A stretch of 64,000 bases of DNA from Elusimicrobia bacterium RIFOXYD2_FULL_34_15 (GTDB lineage: Bacteria > Elusimicrobiota > UBA8919). A model generated the notes under the pieces. That model saw nothing but the letters and a program-made list of their open reading frames with translations, was not told the DNA's origin and searched no databases. Both the position numbers and the translations under genes were made by a program. This document shows, one piece after another, positions 47,541 through 55,365 of this stretch. Numbering within the stretch: position 1 is the stretch's first letter; each line of letters begins with the position of its first letter. The DNA lies in assembly GCA_001800605.1 (NCBI GenBank), contig MGVS01000068.1, positions 14,028-78,027 of the forward strand, given 5' to 3'.

Positions 47541-49427
47541 ATGTGCGGAATAATCGGACTTTATAATTTTGGAAATAGCAAACCTATAGAAAAACACATT
47601 TTGCAGAAAATGTGTGATGTAATTAAACACCGCGGACCTGATTCCGAAGGCATTTTTTTTAATAATTCGACCGGGCTTGGAATACGCCGGCTGGCTATTA
47701 TTGATTTGCAGACGGGGAACCAGCCAATCCACAACGAAGATAAAACCCTTTGGTTGGTTTTAAACGGCGAAATTTACAATTTCCTTGAACTACGCGAAAA
47801 GTTGGAAAAAAACCATACTTTTTACACCAAAACCGATACGGAAGTTATTATTCATCTTTATGAACAATACGGCGAAAAATGTGTAGAACACTTGAGAGGG
47901 ATGTTTGCTTTTGCAATATGGGACGAGAAAAATAAAAAATTATTTGTAGCAAAAGATCGGGTCGGCAAAAAACCTCTTTATTATACCTCAGTAAATGGTT
48001 CTTTCATATTTGCTTCAGAAATAAAATCTATATTGGAATATTTAAATAAAACACCCGAGATAGACCTGGAGGCTATTGACCTTTATTTAACATACCAGTA
48101 TATTCCTTCACCCAAAACAATATTTAAAAATATTAAATCACTTTTACCGGCACATACACTAACTTGTGATAAGAACGGGAATATAAATACCGAAAAATAC
48201 TGGGATTTAGACTTTACTCGGAAAACCGATTTATCTTTTGGCGAAGCATGCGAGAAGACAAAATCGATACTCACGGAAGCAACAAAACTTAGAATGATTT
48301 CAGACGTACCTTTAGGTGCATTTCTATCAGGCGGCCACGATTCAAGCATTATCGTAGGCCTTATGAGCCGGCTTTCTACACAACCTGTAAAAACATTTTC
48401 TATCGGTTTTGACGAAGCCGAGTTTTCGGAATTGAAATATGCAAAAATTGTTGCAAACCATTTCAAAACGGATCATCATGAATTTATTGTAAAAGCTAAT
48501 TTTATAGACATATTGCCTAAACTCGCATGGCATTACGGCCAGCCGTATGCCGATTCATCGGCGTTACCGTCATATTTTGTTTCAAACGAAACCAGGAAAC
48601 ATGTAACGGTCGCTCTAAACGGTGACGGGGGAGACGAAACTTTCGGCGGATATTTAAGGTACAAAGCGATGAAAGGTTCTATGTTTTTCTCTTTTCCGTT
48701 TCAGATGCTAGGAAGTAATTTAACAAAAAAAATAGCGTCTTTTATACCTTATTCCGAAGAGAAAAGATTCTTCAGATATATGAAACGTATGATTTCCGCG
48801 CTATCAAACTCGCCTGAATTAAGGAATCTTCAATGGCATTATTATTTTTCTAATGAAGCAAAAGAAAAACTATATACAAATTCAATGAAACAGAATTTTA
48901 ATAATAACACGTATAAGTATCTTGCGGGAATTTTCAAAAACGCACCGGCAAACAATACAATGGACAGGACTTTTTACACGGACATTAAAGCTTACTTGCC
49001 GGAATGCCTGCTTGTTAAGATGGATATTGCATCTATGGCAAATTCACTGGAAGCAAGAAGCCCGTTTTTAGACCACAAAGTTATGGAATTTTCGGCGTCT
49101 CTTCCGCCTTCGTGGAAGGTACACGGATTAACGACAAAATATATCCTTAAAAAAACATTCAATAATTTTTTACCAAAAGAAATTATAAATAGAAAAAAAA
49201 TGGGGTTTGGAATACCTGTCGGTAAATGGTTCAGAAATGAATGGAAAAATTATTTTATTGAAACCGTAATGTCAAAAAAAGCGTTAGAACGCGGATATTT
49301 TAAAAAAGAATCTTTAGAACAACTATTTAAAGAACATCAGGAAAGTAAAAGAGATAACGGTTACCGTTTGTGGGCGTTATTAATGCTGGAACTGTGGCAC
49401 AGAGTTTATGTTGACAAATCTGTGTAA
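47541..49427 (+). CDS. asnB: Glutamine-dependent amidotransferase, AsnB family (glycan-locus type, WbpS/LtsA-like)
   Basis: MCGI N-terminal nucleophile, HRGPD, NGEIYN, FLSGG.DSS, GDGGDE.FGGY, SMANSLEARSPFLD, KMGF. Confidence 0.92.
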   Translation: MCGIIGLYNFGNSKPIEKHILQKMCDVIKHRGPDSEGIFFNNSTGLGIRRLAIIDLQTGNQPIHNEDKTLWLVLNGEIYNFLELREKLEKNHTFYTKTDTEVIIHLYEQYGEKCVEHLRGMFAFAIWDEKNKKLFVAKDRVGKKPLYYTSVNGSFIFASEIKSILEYLNKTPEIDLEAIDLYLTYQYIPSPKTIFKNIKSLLPAHTLTCDKNGNINTEKYWDLDFTRKTDLSFGEACEKTKSILTEATKLRMISDVPLGAFLSGGHDSSIIVGLMSRLSTQPVKTFSIGFDEAEFSELKYAKIVANHFKTDHHEFIVKANFIDILPKLAWHYGQPYADSSALPSYFVSNETRKHVTVALNGDGGDETFGGYLRYKAMKGSMFFSFPFQMLGSNLTKKIASFIPYSEEKRFFRYMKRMISALSNSPELRNLQWHYYFSNEAKEKLYTNSMKQNFNNNTYKYLAGIFKNAPANNTMDRTFYTDIKAYLPECLLVKMDIASMANSLEARSPFLDHKVMEFSASLPPSWKVHGLTTKYILKKTFNNFLPKEIINRKKMGFGIPVGKWFRNEWKNYFIETVMSKKALERGYFKKESLEQLFKEHQESKRDNGYRLWALLMLELWHRVYVDKSV

Positions 49428-49438
49428 TAATATAGAAT
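49411..49438 (+). promoter_or_regulatory. Possible sigma70 promoter at the asnB 3' end
   Basis: TTGACA (49411-49416) - 16 bp - TAGAAT (49433-49438). Confidence 0.4.
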
Positions 49439-49544
49439 CTAATAAACTTCATGTTTTTGGAAATTCGGAAATTGGAGCTCCAAATGATAGTCATTAAATA
49501 GAATACCTTATACGCTTTGGAGCGGAAATCCCTGCCTACAGGCA

Positions 49545-49739
49545 GTGTAGTTGTTCAGTATTTTGGTAGCAGTTTTTAGGTATTTCATCAAGTGTAGTCA
49601 TTGCGAGGAATAAAATGACGAAGCAATCTCATGAAATATTTGTCCGACTAAGGAAAGATTGCCGCATCCGATTTTATCGGCTTCGCAATGACAACTTAAT
49701 TTGGTAAACAGATGTTACCGAAATTGTGAAGTACTACAC
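49545..49739. mobile_element. 195-bp MITE-like element inserted into a REP palindrome
   Basis: 27-bp imperfect TIRs (49545-49571 and 49713-49739, 21/27 match, starting GTGTAGT), flanked by a GGCA duplication (49541-49544, 49740-49743). Confidence 0.75.
49597..49692. repeat. GTCATTGCGA-type palindromic element (RPE/REP-like) inside the MITE
   Basis: GTCATTGCGA...TCGCAATGAC outer stem; GCAATCT/AGATTGC inner stem. Confidence 0.75.
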
Positions 49740-49796
49740 GGCAGGCAGGCGCGAGGCGATCCCGATACTTTATCGGGACGCGAAGGCGGACAACAT

Positions 49797-50498
49797 ATGA
49801 TTAAAAAACTTTCAATAATTATTCCCTGTTACAATGAAGAAGATACAATACTGCAAGTCGTAGATAAAATAAAACATGTACCGTTAAATTTAGAAAAAGA
49901 AATAATTATCGTATGCGACGGTTCAAGCGACGGCACGAAAGAACTTCTGCAAAAGCATTTTCCCTTGCAGGATAAAAATATTAAAACGGTATTTCACGAA
50001 AAGAATATGGGAAAAGGCAAGGCTGTTAAAACAGGGATTGAGGTTGCAACAGGGGATTACCTGATAGTACAGGATGCCGACCTTGAGTTAAACCCGGACG
50101 ATTACATTGCTTTACTTCAACCTATACAGAGCGGTAACGCTACCGTTGTTTTCGGTTCCCGTAAAGCAAAAGGTTTTAAAAAACTTTATTTTCATTCCGT
50201 TTTCGCCAATTTTGTCGTAACTTTCCTGACAAATTTTTTATACGGTTCAAAACTTACCGACCAGGCCTGCGGTTATAAAATATTACCGGTTTCACTGTTT
50301 AAATCTCTGGATTTAGAATCATTCGGATTTGAATTTTGTTCCGAACTAACCGCAAAGATTCTAAGAACCAAAAAATATATAATAAGCGAAGTTGACGTGG
50401 ATTATTTTCCGAGAACATACAAACAAGGCAAGAAGATAAGCTGGAAAGACGGTTTTATTGCCATTTGGACTTTGCTTAAATATAAAATAACCAAATGA
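49797..50498 (+). CDS. GT2 glycosyltransferase (DPM1-like)
   Basis: [43 protein letters not shown]-track start 49701 lies inside repeats. Confidence 0.88.
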   Translation: MIKKLSIIIPCYNEEDTILQVVDKIKHVPLNLEKEIIIVCDGSSDGTKELLQKHFPLQDKNIKTVFHEKNMGKGKAVKTGIEVATGDYLIVQDADLELNPDDYIALLQPIQSGNATVVFGSRKAKGFKKLYFHSVFANFVVTFLTNFLYGSKLTDQACGYKILPVSLFKSLDLESFGFEFCSELTAKILRTKKYIISEVDVDYFPRTYKQGKKISWKDGFIAIWTLLKYKITK

Positions 50499-50603
50499 AG
50501 TTCCATCCCGATAACAATCGGGATAATATTTTTTTGCTTCTGGATTCTACGGAGCGTCCGCCACGGCGGATGCCCGCCAAGGCTTCGGACTTGACTGGCT
50601 GCA
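50494..50603. repeat. ~110-bp structured direct repeat, left boundary of the accessory islet
   Basis: AATGAAG.TCCATCCCGATAACAATCGGGAT-N17-GGATTCTA..GGAGCGTCCGC..GGATGCCCGCCAAGG..CTTGACTGG.TGCA; matches 55248-55356. Confidence 0.85.
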
Positions 50604-50614
50604 TTATAAATTTT

Positions 50615-52195
50615 ATGAAAAAAAATAATTCAAATGGTGGAAATATTGGTTTTGAAGAGAAACTGTGGAAAACAGCGGATAAACTGCGTAATAATATGGA
50701 TGCTGCTGAGTATAAGCATATAGTATTAGGTCTGATTTTTCTTAAGTATATCTCTGACGCATTTGAAGAACGTTATAAAATACTTGAAAAAGAAGTTACT
50801 GATCCAAAAAGTAATCAATACATAAAAGAACCAAAAGTCCTACATGAAATAATGGAAGATAGAGATGAATATAAATCTGTTAATGTGTTTTATGTTCCGG
50901 AGAAATCTCGTTGGTCACGTCTACAGAAAAATGCAAAACAACCCACAATAGGTAAAATCATAGATGATGCAATGGATGTCTTAGAAAAGGAAAATTCAAC
51001 CCTTAAAGGTGTTCTTCCTAAAAATTATGCAGACCCTAAACTTGATAAACAACGTCTTGGTGAACTGATAGACCTTATAGGTACAATTAGTTTAGGAGAT
51101 TACGAAAATCGCAGTAAGGATATTTTAGGTAGAGTTTACGAATATTTTTTAGGACAATTTGCAGATTCGGAAGGTAAACGAGGCGGACAATTTTACACTC
51201 CTCGAAGTATAGTGCAATTACTTGTTGAAATGATGGAGCCATATAAAGGCCGTATTTTTGATCCCTGCTGCGGTTCCGGCGGTATGTTTGTGCAAAGCGA
51301 AAAATTTGTAAAAATACACGGTGGTAAATTAGGCGATATTGCTATTAACGGACAGGAATCCAATCAAACCACCTGGCGTCTCTGCAAAATGAACTTAGCA
51401 ATCCGCGGCATAGATGCAAATATAGCCTGGAATAACGAAGGTAGTTTCTTAAAAGATGAACATAAAGATTTAAAAGCAGATTTTATATTAGCCAATCCAC
51501 CGTTTAATGACAGCGACTGGAAGGGCGAGCAATTAAGAGATGATGTAAGATGGAAATACGGCGTCCCGCCGACAGGCAATGCTAATTTCGCTTGGGTTCA
51601 GCATTTTATTTATCATCTATCGCCAAAAGGCATAGCAGGTTTTGTATTAGCAAACGGTTCTATGTCTTCTAACCAGTCAAACGAAGGTGAAATAAGAAAA
51701 AATATAATTGAGGCAGACATAGTGGATTGTATGGTTTCTTTACCAACACAACTTTTCTACAATGTAATGATACCTGCTTGTCTGTGGTTTGTTTCCCGTG
51801 ATAAGAAAAATCACAAATTCAAAGACAGAAGAGGCAAAGTTCTTTTCATCGATGCTAGGAAAATGGGGCTAATGATTGACCGCAGACACAGGGAACTAAC
51901 TGAAAAAGAAATAAATAAAATTGCTGATATTTATCACGCTTGGCGTGGAGAAGGCGGCAGGTATAAAGATGAAAAGGGCTTCTGTAAATCGACAACTCTT
52001 GAAGAAATAAAATCACAGGGCTATATTTTGACTCCCGGAAGATATGTAGGCACAGAAGAAGTGGAAGAAGACGATGAAAAGTTTAATGAAAAAATGAAAC
52101 GACTTACCAAAGAACTTTCAGAACAATTCGAAAAATCCATCGAACTTGAAAAAGAAATAAAAAAAAATCTGAAGGGTTTGGGCTATGAAATATGA
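50615..52195 (+). CDS. hsdM: Type I restriction-modification methyltransferase subunit M (orphan in this window)
   Basis: LW.TAD.LR...[30 protein letters not shown] motif I, NPPF motif [10 protein letters not shown]; real start M41 of the ORF-track protein. Confidence 0.93.
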   Translation: MKKNNSNGGNIGFEEKLWKTADKLRNNMDAAEYKHIVLGLIFLKYISDAFEERYKILEKEVTDPKSNQYIKEPKVLHEIMEDRDEYKSVNVFYVPEKSRWSRLQKNAKQPTIGKIIDDAMDVLEKENSTLKGVLPKNYADPKLDKQRLGELIDLIGTISLGDYENRSKDILGRVYEYFLGQFADSEGKRGGQFYTPRSIVQLLVEMMEPYKGRIFDPCCGSGGMFVQSEKFVKIHGGKLGDIAINGQESNQTTWRLCKMNLAIRGIDANIAWNNEGSFLKDEHKDLKADFILANPPFNDSDWKGEQLRDDVRWKYGVPPTGNANFAWVQHFIYHLSPKGIAGFVLANGSMSSNQSNEGEIRKNIIEADIVDCMVSLPTQLFYNVMIPACLWFVSRDKKNHKFKDRRGKVLFIDARKMGLMIDRRHRELTEKEINKIADIYHAWRGEGGRYKDEKGFCKSTTLEEIKSQGYILTPGRYVGTEEVEEDDEKFNEKMKRLTKELSEQFEKSIELEKEIKKNLKGLGYEI

Positions 52196-52971
52196 AATTT
52201 ACAATTATTTGTGATGAAAGTGGTACTGAGAATAGGCATTTGGTTATAGGGGCACTTGTTATTCCAAGAATTAACCATACTTTACTTATTGAGGAGATGA
52301 AAACCTTAAAGAAAGAGTTACATCTGCGATGGGAAGGTGAAATCAAATGGGGTAAAGTGAGCAAAAAATATATTGAAAAATATAAGAAAATCACCGAGTG
52401 GTTTTTCAATCACCTTAAGTCAAACCATTTAAAATTCCGTGCTCATGTGATTGATACCGCAAAGAAAGAATACCGCGAATATGGGGAAGGCGACAAAGAG
52501 AATTCTTTTTATAAGGTTTTCTTTCATCTCCTTATGCAATGCATTAAACGGTTGGCTATAGAAGAAGAAGGTAGCAATGTGCTGATACTATTAGATGATA
52601 AAAAGAATAGATATCCTTTTAGATTACCACTTTTAAAGAAAACTTTAAATAAAGCGTTAAAAAGGGATTTGAAATTACACGAAATAGTGGCTAATGTAGA
52701 ACCAAGACATTCCAGCGGTAACCGAGTAGAAGGACTTATACAAATAGTAGATGTTTTGATTGGAGCTATTGGATATGTTAGGAATGAATCTTGTAAATTA
52801 CCAAATGCGTCACCTGCAAAAGTAGAAATGATTGGCTTTTTGGAAAATCTGATTGGCACAAAGTTTGAATACGATACTAATGCAGGGGCACTATTTAATA
52901 TTTGGACATTTGATGTTACTGTGCCGTTAGAAAAGAAAAAGTATTATAAAAAAAATCGCCCTATCACCTAG
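52192..52971 (+). CDS. DUF3800-family protein (predicted acidic-site, RNase H-like fold)
   Basis: N-terminal CDESG, EIKW, central LLDD, C-terminal IQIVD (QxxD); ATGA overlap with hsdM. Confidence 0.8.
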   Translation: MKFTIICDESGTENRHLVIGALVIPRINHTLLIEEMKTLKKELHLRWEGEIKWGKVSKKYIEKYKKITEWFFNHLKSNHLKFRAHVIDTAKKEYREYGEGDKENSFYKVFFHLLMQCIKRLAIEEEGSNVLILLDDKKNRYPFRLPLLKKTLNKALKRDLKLHEIVANVEPRHSSGNRVEGLIQIVDVLIGAIGYVRNESCKLPNASPAKVEMIGFLENLIGTKFEYDTNAGALFNIWTFDVTVPLEKKKYYKKNRPIT

Positions 52972-53040
52972 CTCCCAAAAGAGCACCCCTTTCGGGGAAC
53001 TACGCCATAAGGCGTAGGTTTCAGTAATAGTAGCGACTTA
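52948..53040 (-). ncRNA. Candidate DUF3800-associated structured RNA (four-helix cloverleaf)
   Basis: 15-bp closing stem with 3 G-U pairs only on the - strand; hairpins CUACGCC-UUAU-GGCGUAG, CCCC-GAAA-GGGG, GCUCU-UUUG-GGAGC; ends in a U8 tract; upstream promoter. Confidence 0.72.
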
Positions 53041-53047
53041 TAAGTTT

Positions 53048-53075
53048 AGTATACATAAAAAAAAATAAAAAGCAA
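53048..53075 (-). promoter_or_regulatory. Putative promoter of the minus-strand RNA
   Basis: On - strand TTGCTT (53075-53070) - 16 bp - TATACT (53053-53048); expected start near 53040, just before the RNA 5' stem. Confidence 0.55.
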
Positions 53076-53150
53076 TAAAATAAAAAAACAAAAATATTTT
53101 TTTAATTGTAGGAACGGTTCACGCAATAGTCCAATAGTAATATTACAGGA

Positions 53151-53687
53151 AAGGACAGAATAGAAATATTCAATCCCGGTCAATTTCCTTATGAATATGA
53201 GCCGGAAGATTTTTTTAAAGGCAATCTTCCGAGCGTGCCGCGCAATCCGTTGATTGCAGAAGTGTTTTATCTTTCCGAAGATATTGAAAAATGGGGCTCC
53301 GGCTTGCGCCGTATAAGTCAGGAATGTAAAACAGCAGGAGTCAAAGTTATTTTTAAGAAGATTAAAAGCGGATTTGTTGTTACTTTTTACCGTCCTAATA
53401 TTACCGGCATACCGGCAAAAGAAGAGGAAGGCAAGAATGTAAAAGACACTGTAAAAGACACTGTAAAAGACACTGTAAAAATGCTCAGTGAAAAAGAAAA
53501 TAAGATTTTGGAAATATTGAATAAAGAACCGAAAACTACTGCCAGAATGCTTGCAGAAGTTTTGAAAATCAATTTAAGAAATACCAAAAAATACCTATCC
53601 ATGTTACAAGAACAAGGGTTGCTTAAACGCATCGGCTCCGATAAAAGCGGCCGCTGGGAAGTGATTTTAAGAGGTATGGAAAAATGA
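53151..53687 (+). pseudogene. 5'-truncated HATPase_c_4 (RecG C-terminal-like)/wHTH regulator fragment
   Basis: In-frame KDRIEIFNPG...RNPLIAEVF...IEKWGSGL...wHTH...RIGSDKSGRW; in-frame TAG at 53127-53129 and no ATG upstream, so the usual N-terminal (AlbA/Schlafen-like) part is missing. Confidence 0.7.
53438..53480 (+). repeat. 12-bp coding tandem repeat (VKDT x3.5)
   Basis: TGTAAAAGACAC x3 + TGTAAAA. Confidence 0.9.
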
Positions 53688-54142
53688 AAGACAATCAGAC
53701 AATAAAAATTTATATTTTTGAGATCTGGCTTGAGGAAAATGAGGGAAAAGTCTCCCGCCGGATTCAGATTGCCGGGAAGGATGCTCTTTACAATTTCGCC
53801 AAAATTATAACCAAATCCTTTGGTTTTTATTTTGACCATTGTTTCGGATTTTATGATAATTTTAATCGTCTTAACAATTCAACGAAAGCATTTGAATTAT
53901 TTGTTGATGTCGGTGAAACACCTTTATCAGAAATCACCAAGGGCGTTAAAAAGACAAAAGTCAGTCAGGCATTTGAAAATATCGGAGAGAAAATGCTTTT
54001 CTTTTTTGATTATGGTGATGAATGGCGGTTTACGGTAAAACTAATAGATATAAAAGATGTTTCAAAAGATATAAAAATAAAACCGGCAGTATTACAAAAA
54101 ATTGGCAAATCTCCTATGCAGTATCCGTCTTGTGATGAATGA
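53684..54142 (+). CDS. Plasmid pRiA4b ORF3-like / TnpR-like protein
   Basis: VSRRIQI...LY..A..I..SF.F.FDH.F.F, FFFDYGDEWRF.V, P.QYP. Confidence 0.75.
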   Translation: MKDNQTIKIYIFEIWLEENEGKVSRRIQIAGKDALYNFAKIITKSFGFYFDHCFGFYDNFNRLNNSTKAFELFVDVGETPLSEITKGVKKTKVSQAFENIGEKMLFFFDYGDEWRFTVKLIDIKDVSKDIKIKPAVLQKIGKSPMQYPSCDE

Positions 54143-54154
54143 ATAATTAATATC

Positions 54155-54179
54155 GGTGCGTTCGTGGAACGCACCCTAC
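54155..54179 (-). repeat. GTAG-type REP
   Basis: On - strand GTAG-GGTGCGTTC-CAC-GAACGCACC. Confidence 0.7.
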
Positions 54180-54247
54180 AATGAAATCTGAAAAAAATGG
54201 CAAAAATAAAAATCAAGCACACCTAATTAATTGACATAATAGAAACT

Positions 54248-54925
54248 ATGAAACCAAGCTATATTGGGCATCGGAAGAGGCTCAAGGAAAAATACAAAAA
54301 AAACGGAATAAACGGCTGGCTTGATTACGAAGTGTTGGAACTGGCATTATCATATGCGATTCCGCGCAAAGATACAAAACCGATTGCAAAGGAACTGATT
54401 AGCAGGTTTAAGACCATTAATGGAGTGTTGGATGCAGATAGAAAATATTTAGAAGAAGTTAAAGGAATTTCTGAACATACCGCATTTTTTCTAAAATTGT
54501 TGAAAGATGTAGCAATTCTATATATGGAGAAAGGTATTCATAATAAAGATTTGCTTTCGTCACCGCAGCTTGTTTATGATTATTTGAAAACTTCTCTAAG
54601 AGGTGCATCTGACGAAGAATTTAAAATACTTTTTTTGGATAATAGGAACAAGCTGATTGGTATTGAGACCTTTGAAAGCGGTACTGTGAACCACGCTGTT
54701 GTATATCCAAGAAAGGTTGTTGAGAGAGCACTATATAATCATGCGGTTGGCGTTATTATTGCACATAATCATCCGTCAGGAGCGTTACAACCGTCACAGG
54801 ATGATATAGATGTAACTAAAACCATTAAGAATGCTCTCAGAACAGTTGAAATAACATTATTGGATCATATCATTATTGGTCATAACGATTATTACAGCTT
54901 TAAAAATAAAAACGAAACTCTTTAG
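54248..54925 (+). CDS. radC: RadC/JAB-domain protein
   Basis: GHRKRL, ELALSYAIPRKD.KPIAK.L, HhH, GTVN.A.VYPR, AHNHPSG...PS.DD, LLDHIIIG. Confidence 0.92.
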   Translation: MKPSYIGHRKRLKEKYKKNGINGWLDYEVLELALSYAIPRKDTKPIAKELISRFKTINGVLDADRKYLEEVKGISEHTAFFLKLLKDVAILYMEKGIHNKDLLSSPQLVYDYLKTSLRGASDEEFKILFLDNRNKLIGIETFESGTVNHAVVYPRKVVERALYNHAVGVIIAHNHPSGALQPSQDDIDVTKTIKNALRTVEITLLDHIIIGHNDYYSFKNKNETL

Positions 54926-54927
54926 GG

Positions 54928-55098
54928 AAAGGGGAAACAAAAGAAGATTTTAATGAAACTCTTGAAATTGCTAAATCCGTAGGATTTGAAATTATAGATT
55001 ATCCCACCATATCCCGCAATTATTCCGCAGTATTAGGAAGTAGTGGCAAGATATCCTTGCCTAAAACGGTGTTGAAATTTATTTGTGCATTGGGATAA
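54928..55098 (+). pseudogene. Possible gene debris (methyltransferase C-terminus-like fragment)
   Basis: Start-less open frame KGETKEDFNETLEIAKSVGFEIIDYPTISRNYSAVL resembles the C-termini of small class I methyltransferases. Confidence 0.3.
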
Positions 55099-55247
55099 TG
55101 GGGATAAAACCAACTATTTTTAATGGAACCACCTAATTGCGACAGCTTTTGGCGAGTATTACTTGAAAAAGAAAACAAATTAAATATAATGGTTTTATAA
55201 GGGATTAAGTTAATATCAGAAATTCAAGATTCAAGACCTGCCCTCTT

Positions 55248-55356
55248 AATGAAGCTCCATCCCGATAACAATCGGGATTATAACATCTACCTTAAGGATT
55301 CTAGGAGCGTCCGCTGCGACGGATGCCCGCCAAGGTCCCGGCCTTGACTGGATGCA
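55248..55356. repeat. ~110-bp structured direct repeat, right boundary of the accessory islet
   Basis: Matches 50494-50603 except for a variable 17-nt segment and loop positions. Confidence 0.85.
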
Positions 55357-55365
55357 GGATACATT

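Noticed and set aside
49701..49796. N-terminal extension of the GT2 ORF (likewise 50495-50614 on hsdM and 27631-27657 on pfpI)
   Set aside because: These extensions translate repeat DNA; family homology begins at the downstream ATG.
50494..50603. Cobalamin or SAM riboswitch, or self-cleaving ribozyme, in the structured repeats (also 55248-55356)
   Set aside because: No B12 box, SAM-I core, hammerhead or twister consensus could be matched by eye, and one copy precedes hsdM. An Rfam scan would settle it.
52948..53040. Canonical tRNA, or simple terminator of the DUF3800 gene
   Set aside because: No T-loop GTTCRA, D-loop or 7-nt anticodon loop. No U-tract follows on the + strand, and G-U pairing favours the - strand.
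53438..53480. Phase-variation switch in the 12-bp tandem repeat
   Set aside because: The unit is a multiple of 3, such linker repeats are common in this protein family, and the gene is already truncated.
54248..54925. radC as evidence of a prophage or ICE
   Set aside because: No integrase, relaxase, conjugation or phage genes are present in the window.
55040..55246. Remnant of a REP-associated tyrosine transposase 3' end (CAAGACCTG.CC-like motif near 55232)
   Set aside because: Resemblance is weak and would need several frameshifts; cannot be supported without a translated search.
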